Positions 40,582 to 49,685 of a stretch of DNA of 64,000 nt are shown here, one piece after another. Source of the DNA: Candidatus Poribacteria bacterium (GTDB lineage Bacteria; Poribacteria; WGA-4E; PCPOR2b). The notes under the pieces are model-generated. The model had not been told where the DNA came from. It was given only the letters and a program-made list of their open reading frames with translations, and made no database searches. Made by a program: the position numbers and the translations under genes. Positions within the stretch are counted from its first letter, which is position 1. Every line of letters starts with the position of its first letter. Location: assembly GCA_965198175.1 (NCBI GenBank), contig OZ240245.1:4768001-4832000 (forward strand), given 5' to 3'.

Positions 40582-43500
40582 ATGTGTAAGTGGGAAAATC
40601 GAGAAATGAGGAAGTCCCACCACTTTCCGGATGAGTATTGCAGGACAACCCCCGTGCTACAAATCTCCATCCGCTCCGCCCCCTCTTATTGGCTTTTCCT
40701 AGCGTTTTCCCTTGTATATTTCCTTATTCTGACGCCTTGCCTCGCCGAGTCACCGCTGCAAATCGTTTATGCCAATGCAGATAGCCTTATCCTCAAATTT
40801 CGCCTGCCACCCTTGCAATTTAATGAAAGAGAAGTTGAAGGACGCCCCTTTGCGGAAATCACCTTTGAAAGTGCAGTGCTCAGTATGGAGATTGGACGTC
40901 CCCGCTTACCCGTCTATATGCAACTGATTGGTATTCCTGGTGGCGCCTCACCTTATGCCAGTATTTTGAGTTCTCAATCTGAGATACGCCAATCGAAGCC
41001 TATTGTCCCAGCCCAGCGACCGACGCTTAACCATCAACAATCGGCAATCGATATGGATACCAGTTTTTATCAGCGAAGAAACACCTTTCACCCGGTCAAA
41101 CTCGTCGAAGTTGTCCCACTCGGATTTATCCGGGAGCAGCGCGTTGCTCGACTACAGATTCAACCAGTTCAGTATAATCCCGTAAGCGGGCAACTCAAAA
41201 TCTATAACCAGTTACAAGTTCGGATCGATTTCCATCTCCCTCGTTCTGCGCCGGTTGCCCCGATGGCTCCCGCCGCAAATCAATTTAACACTTCTGCCTC
41301 CCAACCCTTTGAGCAACTCTTTCAGAAAAACTTGCTTAACTACGATCAGGCAAAGGTATGGCGGCAGTATTCGAGCCGTTTGGAGCGAAGTGCTTTGGCG
41401 GCCCCGGCGGCTCAGAGCAGTCCTCAAAAGAGATACAAAATCCCAATTACTCGGACAGACCTTTACGAAGTGACTTATAATACCCTCAAGCGAATTGGGG
41501 CAGATGCCGCATCAATCGATCCCGATACAGTCACGATGGAGAATGGTGGAAGACGGGTTGGCGTTTATATCTTCGACAGAGACGACAATGGAAAATTTAA
41601 TTTGGGTGATTCGATTGTTTTTTACGGACAAGCACTCATTGGCAATAAGTTTACCAATGAGAACATCTACTGGCTTTTTTGGGGGGGCGCTAGCGGCTCG
41701 CGAGTGGGTGAACAAGATGTAGTTCCCAAAACGTCGGATGCACCTATTCCCATTGCTTTTAAAAAGACAGAACATTTTGAAAAAGATTACCTGCACGATG
41801 CGCTCGTTGATGTCAAATCCGAGTTAGCGGATCACTATTTCTGGCAGGGGCTGACAAACCAAAATCAAAATAGAACCCTCAGCCAGAAAACTTTCCGAAT
41901 TGATGTTCCTCGTGCTATGCCACGCGGAGACATTCAGCGGAATGCACAACTTCGCATCAGGTTGCAGGGCGCAGAAACAAAAAATAACGCTGAACACCGT
42001 GCTCGCATTATGTTCAACAAAATACAACAGGGACGGGTGGCTGAATGGAGGAAACAAGCCGCTCCAATAATTGTCCGCGATGTTAAGCAGCGCGAATTTA
42101 TCCATCGAGATACACCCAATTTCTTAACCATTATCGCTGAGGACAAACCACCTAGCCCTCCCCGGGAAAATAATTTTGATTTTTACTTAGATTGGTTTGA
42201 ATTGGACTATTGGCATGCTTTTGAGGCATCGGGAGGAAGACTTGAATTCAATTCGGATACAGGACCGCGGGTACATGGAACCGTTCAATACCGGGTGAAG
42301 AATTTGCGCCGTTCAGCGGTTGACGTGTACAAGATTATTGGCGGGAGCATCGTTTCGAAGCTTGTGAATGGACAAGTAAATCAGACTGGCACAAGTCATG
42401 AACTGATTTTTGAGGACAACCTCACCCAACCGTCAAGTTACTTTGTAGTTGAAAAAGGCCGCTATTCGCGGCTAACCCGAATCTTGTCAGCCCAACCCTT
42501 TGCCTTGAGAAATCCCGCGAATCAAGCCGATTATATCATTATCTCTCACAAGGATTTTATTGAGAACGTCCAACCACTTGTTGAGTTTCGGCAATCGCAA
42601 GGGTGGTCGTTAATGGTCGTTGATGTTGAAACGATTTACGACCAGTTTAGTAACGGGATTTTTAACCCCCTAGCAATTCAGAAATTCCTGCGGTACGCCT
42701 ACACCAGTTGGCAAAAACCTGCACCTACCTATGTCCTGCTAGTTGGGGACGCCCATTGGGACCATAAGAGTGCAACTGTCGAGGCGTTTCGGTTGGATGG
42801 GAAAAGCTACGATCTCTACCCAATCTTTGTACCGACGCTTTACGGATGGTCGTCGCATAGTGGAGAAACCGCCATGGACCACCGTTTTGTCACAATCAGC
42901 GGGGATGATACACTACCGGACATGTTTATTGGGCGTTTATCCGTCCAGCACCCGCATGAATTAAGTGACATGATCAGAAAGATTGTCGATTACGAAGACA
43001 AACCTCAAGCGGGTCCTTGGCAAGGGCGACTGATGCAGATTGCTGATAATAATGTGGATCATGCAACGGATGACATTTTCGAGCGCAGCCGTGAAGAACT
43101 CATTGAAGAGATTATACCCGTTGCTTATGATACACGGAAGATATACTTAGGGCAAATTGTGAGTCCGGAAGTTACCAAACGCACCATTCTAGATACATTT
43201 AATGACGGAGTGCTAATCGCCGAATATGCGGGGCATGGTGGGACACACACCTGGGCAGATGAGGGCATCTTCCGCATTGAGAATGCACAACAGTTGCAAA
43301 ACCAGCGTCTTCCATTCATAGTTACGACGACATGTCTCAACGGCCAATTCGATAAACCGCTGCCGTTTGGGCATCGTAGCTTGAGCGAGCAATTCATGAT
43401 GGGAAGGTACGGTGCGGTTGCTACCCTGAGTGCAACTCGTCAGACGTTCGGATCTGCCAATGCTATTTTCGATAAAGATCTTTTCAGCTCTATGTTCGAA

Positions 43501-46500
43501 ATCAAACCGCCGACGCTTGGCGCAATCATTGCCGATGCGAAAACAAAATTTATAATGAAAACTTTCGAGCTCTGGATTCCGGGTGCAGAACAATACACCC
43601 TTTTTGGCGATCCGGCGACTCGGCTTGCGGTGCCGAATTTAGAGATTTCCGTTGAACTGGAAGAAATTGCGCTTGATTCGGACAAGGACATAGTGATTCT
43701 TCCGAACCGGGTGGGCCGCTATCAATTTTCCCCGGTGACCGGGAAAACTGAATTTACGACAGCAACCGATTTCAATACCGGCTCGATGTCAGCGCTGGCA
43801 CTATTTGCAAATGATTTGGATGCCGATGCCACCAACGACAATCCAAGACGACGTAGTCGAATTCAGGTTTGGCAAGGCGAATTTGGCGCAATTCACATCC
43901 CTATTCCTCAGAATACGAAACCTGGACAAGGGATTGTGCGTCTCTTCGCCTTCGACAATCAGCGCGCGGCAATTGGTGGTACGAAGTTTTGGATGTATCA
44001 GCCGATTATCCATGAGGTGCGCGAAGTCATGGATGATAAAGTAACACAAACCCTGAGTCTCTCCGTACAGATTGTGGATAACGAGGGAATCGCTGGCATC
44101 AAATCTGCTGAGGTCATCTGGAGTGATACAGTCGATTTCAAAGAGCAGACCACTACGATGATACCCAACCCGACGCCTCCAGAATCCACTGTGCAAGGAG
44201 GCGAGTGGTACAAGCTCCAGGCACCAATTCCTCTGCCGAAAAGAGGAAAAACGGTGCGTTATCAGATAGTCGTAACGGATAGCACCAACAACGTCATTCG
44301 AAGCGAAAGGAAAACGGTTAAAGTGCCCGAGGGCGCAAATGTCGCCATCGCATCAATGGCATCTAAAGTCACCGCCATTCGATATGGTTTCTCAAAGGAG
44401 CTCAAAGCCTTCACATTGAGTGCGGATTTGGTCAATAATGGCGGTCAACTAGTCGATTTAGACATAGAAGTTTGGTTTTCGGAGGGAAATCCAGATTTGA
44501 ACAACGATCACCAAATCGATGCGGATGTAAAGGTTTTCGGACATACCATAGTCAGAGCGGAGGAATGGAGACCGGGAGCAATCGACCTTCAAGAAGTCAC
44601 TGCGACTTTAATCTTGGATGAACCGATCTCGACAGGATTCCATAAAGTCTATGTTTTTGCCGATCCAGAGGATGAAGATGATGACCATGCGGATGATATT
44701 GTCGGTAAGCTCGATGAATCGAGATCCTTCGACAACAAAGGTTTTAACTCATTTGTCGTCAACGAATTTAGTTTGAAAGCGAATGAAACGTTGACCGCAT
44801 TTAGCCTAGATCGGATATTTGACGCCTTTTTCCCGATTGGCGCATCAGAACCAACGACACTCTCAATTGATACTGTTGAGCCACTTGTCTCATTCCAGCC
44901 TGATTTAACTTTTGTGCAACTTCCGATTCCGAGTGCTGTGACATCGCAAAGTCAGGGGATTCAAACCGGTGCGCGAGCCTACAAAATTGAACTGCACTCT
45001 GACACAAATCAACTGGTCAAACCAGCAGAGATCAAACTGCGATTTGACCTGAATACTTTGGAAAATCATGTACAAAAGAAATATAACCTTGCTCCTGATG
45101 ATGATGGATTCAATCGCCTTTTAGATAGGGAAGTAGATGGACTGGCAATCTATGCCTGGCAGGAGAAAATTAAAGCATGGAAACGACTTCCCTCTGAAAT
45201 TCCACGCGATGGTAACGGAAATTTTATTCAAGAAAGGTTTGTAACGCCACCGGCACTTGAAAATACAAGCGTGCAACAGTTGCGGGCATCTGATATTCGT
45301 GTAGACCCAAACCTTACACCTGAAGGGAAATGGGTTGTTTTTTTCCTCGACGCGGACCGATATGAGGTGCTGCTGCGAAGAAATGGCAAAAGTGAAATCG
45401 AAAAATTGGGTCAAACTGGCCATCTGGAAAAATCCTTCAGAGATGAAATCCTTGGAATTGAGTTCAATATTCCCCGTGGAAAAACGGACGCGTTAGGTAG
45501 AAGTCAGATCTTTGAATTTGGAGATATTCTGACGTTTGAAACGCAGTCTTTGCAAGGCGTAATTCGCTTCACTTCTCCCCGTAATGCCAATCGCGGCAAT
45601 GGGACCGCACATGTGAGCGTATACGGTGGTAAGGAGAATCGGTTTGAGATTGGCAATTGGCTCCTCTTTTTCTTAAATAGCAAGCAATTTGAGATTCGCA
45701 ACGGTTTTAATGAACTGGTTCGTTATCAGAGCGGGACACCCGTTCGGGGAGTGGTCAATAAACCGCTAATCCTCAGCGACTTAGGGATTGAATTGCTTGT
45801 TAGTTCGGGCAATCAGCCTTATGAACATGGAGATAAGATTAAATTCGGCACAGCGATGGTGGGAATTATCTCAGCAGAGGTCAAGGAACTCAAAACGGTC
45901 GCCCTTGTATTGAATTCCGATCGAACCGCCCCAAAACTTCAACTTTGGGTGAATGGTGTAATACCGAAGTCCGAAAGTGTAATCTCACCCCGTCCTGAGA
46001 TTTCACTGTTTCTGGAAGATGAGAACGGAGTTGATATGGATAGCTTCATCTTCGCGGTGAGTAAAGATTTTAAGACGTTTAAGAAAATTAAGGACTTCAA
46101 TATCACCAGCGAGGGGCCGGTTACAACGGTTGGCATTTATTACAAACCTATTCTCTACATCGGTCGCTATCTTTTCAGAATTTGGGTAAATGACCTCAAC
46201 GGAAATGAGCTTGGAGGCAAAGGCGGACTCCGTGAATTTCTGTTCTTTGTCGAGGAGGATCCGGATTTGAATTCGCCAACAATTGAAATTTGGGTCAACG
46301 GTGAGGTACTAACGGATGGCGTCGTCTTGCGAGAACAGCCACAGTTTGAGGTTCAGATTGCCGATGAGGAAAAGATCGACCCGGGGGCAGTTCAACTTCT
46401 ATTTGGCGAATGGGAAAGCTTGCTCCTCCCATTACCAGAAGATAGTTACGATTTCGAATTTGATGGTAATCAGCCTACTTTCGCCCGAATCTCTTTCGAG

Positions 46501-46896
46501 CCGGATTTGGTCAATGGTAATTACCAAATTCAAGTCCTCGCTGCTGACGAGAGTGAAAATTCAGCCGAGTCACCGTCTTACCGATTCCGACTCGACGAAC
46601 CGGTAGAAATCTCAGACGTGTTGAACGCGCCGAACCCGGTACGTACAAATACGGCTTTCACTTACAATCTCGTGCAGCCCCCAAATCAGGTGACAATCAA
46701 AATTTATACGGTCAACGGCAGACTTGTCCGCACACTCGAGGAAGATTCCCCCAGAAGGCACTATAATGAAACCTATTGGGACGTGCGTGATGAAAATGGA
46801 GTCCGTCTTGCAAACGGCGCTTATTTCTATAAAGTGATTGTTGAAACAGATGATCGGAAGATTGAGAAAATTGGACGATTGGCAATCTTGCGTTAA
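40582..46896 (+). CDS. C25 (gingipain/PorU-like) cysteine peptidase with propeptide, Ig-like extensions and C-terminal FlgD-Ig domain
   Basis: Propeptide-like GRPRLP..QPVQYNP; ADYIII, IYDQFS, YVLLVGDA, YAGHG (His), TTTCLNGQFD (Cys), LFGDP; NAPNP..IYTVNGRLVR..WD..LANGAYFYK. Confidence 0.88.
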   Translation: MCKWENREMRKSHHFPDEYCRTTPVLQISIRSAPSYWLFLAFSLVYFLILTPCLAESPLQIVYANADSLILKFRLPPLQFNEREVEGRPFAEITFESAVLSMEIGRPRLPVYMQLIGIPGGASPYASILSSQSEIRQSKPIVPAQRPTLNHQQSAIDMDTSFYQRRNTFHPVKLVEVVPLGFIREQRVARLQIQPVQYNPVSGQLKIYNQLQVRIDFHLPRSAPVAPMAPAANQFNTSASQPFEQLFQKNLLNYDQAKVWRQYSSRLERSALAAPAAQSSPQKRYKIPITRTDLYEVTYNTLKRIGADAASIDPDTVTMENGGRRVGVYIFDRDDNGKFNLGDSIVFYGQALIGNKFTNENIYWLFWGGASGSRVGEQDVVPKTSDAPIPIAFKKTEHFEKDYLHDALVDVKSELADHYFWQGLTNQNQNRTLSQKTFRIDVPRAMPRGDIQRNAQLRIRLQGAETKNNAEHRARIMFNKIQQGRVAEWRKQAAPIIVRDVKQREFIHRDTPNFLTIIAEDKPPSPPRENNFDFYLDWFELDYWHAFEASGGRLEFNSDTGPRVHGTVQYRVKNLRRSAVDVYKIIGGSIVSKLVNGQVNQTGTSHELIFEDNLTQPSSYFVVEKGRYSRLTRILSAQPFALRNPANQADYIIISHKDFIENVQPLVEFRQSQGWSLMVVDVETIYDQFSNGIFNPLAIQKFLRYAYTSWQKPAPTYVLLVGDAHWDHKSATVEAFRLDGKSYDLYPIFVPTLYGWSSHSGETAMDHRFVTISGDDTLPDMFIGRLSVQHPHELSDMIRKIVDYEDKPQAGPWQGRLMQIADNNVDHATDDIFERSREELIEEIIPVAYDTRKIYLGQIVSPEVTKRTILDTFNDGVLIAEYAGHGGTHTWADEGIFRIENAQQLQNQRLPFIVTTTCLNGQFDKPLPFGHRSLSEQFMMGRYGAVATLSATRQTFGSANAIFDKDLFSSMFEIKPPTLGAIIADAKTKFIMKTFELWIPGAEQYTLFGDPATRLAVPNLEISVELEEIALDSDKDIVILPNRVGRYQFSPVTGKTEFTTATDFNTGSMSALALFANDLDADATNDNPRRRSRIQVWQGEFGAIHIPIPQNTKPGQGIVRLFAFDNQRAAIGGTKFWMYQPIIHEVREVMDDKVTQTLSLSVQIVDNEGIAGIKSAEVIWSDTVDFKEQTTTMIPNPTPPESTVQGGEWYKLQAPIPLPKRGKTVRYQIVVTDSTNNVIRSERKTVKVPEGANVAIASMASKVTAIRYGFSKELKAFTLSADLVNNGGQLVDLDIEVWFSEGNPDLNNDHQIDADVKVFGHTIVRAEEWRPGAIDLQEVTATLILDEPISTGFHKVYVFADPEDEDDDHADDIVGKLDESRSFDNKGFNSFVVNEFSLKANETLTAFSLDRIFDAFFPIGASEPTTLSIDTVEPLVSFQPDLTFVQLPIPSAVTSQSQGIQTGARAYKIELHSDTNQLVKPAEIKLRFDLNTLENHVQKKYNLAPDDDGFNRLLDREVDGLAIYAWQEKIKAWKRLPSEIPRDGNGNFIQERFVTPPALENTSVQQLRASDIRVDPNLTPEGKWVVFFLDADRYEVLLRRNGKSEIEKLGQTGHLEKSFRDEILGIEFNIPRGKTDALGRSQIFEFGDILTFETQSLQGVIRFTSPRNANRGNGTAHVSVYGGKENRFEIGNWLLFFLNSKQFEIRNGFNELVRYQSGTPVRGVVNKPLILSDLGIELLVSSGNQPYEHGDKIKFGTAMVGIISAEVKELKTVALVLNSDRTAPKLQLWVNGVIPKSESVISPRPEISLFLEDENGVDMDSFIFAVSKDFKTFKKIKDFNITSEGPVTTVGIYYKPILYIGRYLFRIWVNDLNGNELGGKGGLREFLFFVEEDPDLNSPTIEIWVNGEVLTDGVVLREQPQFEVQIADEEKIDPGAVQLLFGEWESLLLPLPEDSYDFEFDGNQPTFARISFEPDLVNGNYQIQVLAADESENSAESPSYRFRLDEPVEISDVLNAPNPVRTNTAFTYNLVQPPNQVTIKIYTVNGRLVRTLEEDSPRRHYNETYWDVRDENGVRLANGAYFYKVIVETDDRKIEKIGRLAILR

Positions 46897-46991
46897 AGAG
46901 CATTATGAAAAAAAACCGACTATCGGCAGCCAAGACCGCAAGCGTTACGATTGAGACGTATAGTGAAACCAATAATTATTTATACACTGCG

Positions 46992-47056
46992 GTAGGTTCG
47001 GTTTCCTAACCGAACCGGTATTTATCTAGTCCGCAGGTGCGGTTGGAAACTGCACC
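46992..47056. repeat. Pair of REP-like palindromes
   Basis: gtaggttcggtttcctaaccgaacc and gcaggtgcggttggaaactgcacc. Confidence 0.6.
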
Positions 47057-47096
47057 GACCGAAACATGTGTAAATATGAATGGAATTGACTATAGT

Positions 47097-47945
47097 ATGG
47101 AAAAGCGTGATCCAAAGAGAATGAAGGTTGTCTTTGTGGGACGCAGAACTGGCGTCAATATGGGGATAATTGACTGGCTGGACGAAAACTATACGTTTTG
47201 TGCTGCATTCTTCATAGAACAGGATTGGTCCTCACGCAAAGCGCGTATGAAGGAAGTGAGAAGAAGAATTAAACGCCTTGGTTTACTCCGCACGCTTGAC
47301 GAGCTGCTGTTTTTTGGTTTTTACACTCTATGGTATGGGAAAAAAGAAGATCGGCTATGGACAACGCAATTAACCGAACAATTCAGAACGAAATCTACCA
47401 TTGATAAACCTTGCTACTCCTGCGATAACATTCATAATGGTTCTTGGTTGAAGAAGATTAAAGAAATCGCTCCAGATATAATATTAGGTACATGTACGCG
47501 TACAATCTTTAAGCCAAAGTTGTTTAAAATTCCGAAGTTTGGTATGTTTATGTTACACGAGGGAATAACGCCCGAATATAGAGGACTATACACAGCCGGC
47601 TGGGCGCTTTTGCATGGAGAACCTGAATACGTGGGCTATACCTTGCTGAGGATTGATGAAGGGATTGACTCGGGTCCAATTCTGTGTCAAGGCAGCTTTC
47701 CTGACGCTGACAAGTTCGGATTCTATTGGCGATTTGTGGGGCACTTAGCACTTGTGTACGGTTTGCCAGACATGAAACAAGTGCTAGACGCCTTATATCT
47801 TCATAACGGCACCTTCGACGAGGTATCTCAGGTAGGAAGAATTTCCAGAAACTATAGTTGGATTCGCTTTTCCGATTATCTCCGACTTCGGTGGCGGGCG
47901 TTGTTACATCGTCTCTCAAACCGGGAAACAACGAGACGCGCTTGA
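47097..47945 (+). CDS. Formyltransferase family protein
   Basis: LHEGITPEYRG, GYTLLRIDEGIDSGPIL. Confidence 0.82.
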   Translation: MEKRDPKRMKVVFVGRRTGVNMGIIDWLDENYTFCAAFFIEQDWSSRKARMKEVRRRIKRLGLLRTLDELLFFGFYTLWYGKKEDRLWTTQLTEQFRTKSTIDKPCYSCDNIHNGSWLKKIKEIAPDIILGTCTRTIFKPKLFKIPKFGMFMLHEGITPEYRGLYTAGWALLHGEPEYVGYTLLRIDEGIDSGPILCQGSFPDADKFGFYWRFVGHLALVYGLPDMKQVLDALYLHNGTFDEVSQVGRISRNYSWIRFSDYLRLRWRALLHRLSNRETTRRA

Positions 47946-48026
47946 AATTGACGGCAATCCGCCCATGAGAAACCGAGTTTTTCAAAAGAGATTGGTTTCT
48001 ACTTTTCCCAAACCAAAACGTGAAGT

Positions 48027-49454
48027 TTATTTTTGAAAATCGGTAAAGTACACGTTAATCGTGCGATTCTTGGCTCTTGCGGAGACCGGATGCGTGCGGA
48101 TTAGCCTCGCCCGCTGACGCACCCATATCCGAAATTGCTCGCTGGAGTCCAACACATTCAAAGTTGCTGCATCAAGCACGAACCACACCCGCTGCCCCTT
48201 CGATTTCCATATCCGCTCAAATCTCTCAATATCTTCCATCACTCCCTTGACAGCGATTGTCTCACGTTCACGAAGATAGTATTCGCCTACCTGTGGAATC
48301 GAAGCCACAACAAGATCTCCCACGCGCATGTCCGACTGGATTGTTGAGAATGCTTCACGCCATTTTGCGCGTCCGCCATTCTCAATGCGAAAGTAGACAT
48401 AGTCCTGAGACAGCATTGTAATGATAATCACACCAGGCAAGATACAACGGAGCATCATCGGAAGTTGCTTTGTCACCCAGATTCGGTCACATCCGATAGC
48501 CACCAGGAGAAAATAGGCAGGTGCGGTGAAAAACAGGTAGTATCCTGCAACATTGAACAAGTATGACGCAATCAACAATAGAATGAGTGGTATACTTGCG
48601 TAGCTAATTAGAAACCACGCGGCACGATTCATGGGGCGAGTTAACGCGGTGAAGAATGCTACAACCGTCACCGGTACACTTAATCCGTGGACTACTGTAA
48701 AGAGGATATAGAGCGGACTCCGAGCCCATTCGTTCAGCCCCCAACCTGAGAATAAGGCGTCACGAAAGTTGGGAAAAGTGAGTAAGAGTAGCGGTGCCGC
48801 AAGTGGGAGGAAGAAAATTATTAGGTTGCGAGGGCGTAGGCCAGCAGGCTGTTCTCGAAAAATCTTGCCTCGCCATAAGCTGATTAAGTATCCAGCAAAT
48901 GCCGGGACGATCATCCCGGAAGGCATATGACACAGGATGAGTAGAATGGAAGCGCCGAGTGAGACGACTATAAAACGGAGTCGATTCCGTTCTAAAGCGA
49001 TAAAAAAAGTCCACGCAGCCAATGCAGCAAAGAAAAAGGTGAAGATATAATGGCGGGCATTCTGCGACCATAGTAGGTGCCAACTTGAAAACGCAACGAA
49101 GGTCGCGGCGAAGATGCCAACTCGCGGGTTAAACATGGACCTTCCAATCATGAAAATAAGCGGAATCGAAGCAATTCCCACAAAGCAAGGGATGAGGCGT
49201 GCTCCCCATTCGTTTGCGCCTGCAATCGACATTGAGAAATTAACAGCAAGATAAGGAATTGGGTTGATTCGGAAATGTTCCATTGAAAATCGTTGCGCAT
49301 CAAGCACTGTGAGCACCTCATCAACCCAGAAGCTCCAAGTGCCTAAATGATAGAAACGCAAGAAAATTCCAACGAGGAGAATCGGAAGCAGCAGCCAATG
49401 CAGATTTTTCAGTTTGGATGGAATGTTGGGAAGGGAGTCTAATAAGTTGGGCAT
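48027..49454 (-). CDS. GT-C fold glycosyltransferase (family 39/PMT_2-like)
   Basis: LRFYHLG.WSFWVDE, EWGARL, SQNARHY, many TM helices. Confidence 0.85.
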   Translation of the reverse strand: MPNLLDSLPNIPSKLKNLHWLLLPILLVGIFLRFYHLGTWSFWVDEVLTVLDAQRFSMEHFRINPIPYLAVNFSMSIAGANEWGARLIPCFVGIASIPLIFMIGRSMFNPRVGIFAATFVAFSSWHLLWSQNARHYIFTFFFAALAAWTFFIALERNRLRFIVVSLGASILLILCHMPSGMIVPAFAGYLISLWRGKIFREQPAGLRPRNLIIFFLPLAAPLLLLTFPNFRDALFSGWGLNEWARSPLYILFTVVHGLSVPVTVVAFFTALTRPMNRAAWFLISYASIPLILLLIASYLFNVAGYYLFFTAPAYFLLVAIGCDRIWVTKQLPMMLRCILPGVIIITMLSQDYVYFRIENGGRAKWREAFSTIQSDMRVGDLVVASIPQVGEYYLRERETIAVKGVMEDIERFERIWKSKGQRVWFVLDAATLNVLDSSEQFRIWVRQRARLIRTHPVSARAKNRTINVYFTDFQK

Positions 49455-49685
49455 CGGGGTGAAAGATGTAGCGTGCTATTTCCTCTATTTGTCCTATACC
49501 AATTCCTCTAAACAACCGTGCGCAATAACCGTGTATGCTCTATCTTCATACGGAAATGGCATTATACGTCCATCTACTTAATTTAGAAGCACATCTGAAA
49601 TCCAGTAGTCATCGGACTTTCCGACCAAACATACCCTCACAGCATCAGTCGGAGCCAAACACAACGCCAAGATGCCGATCTGCCT

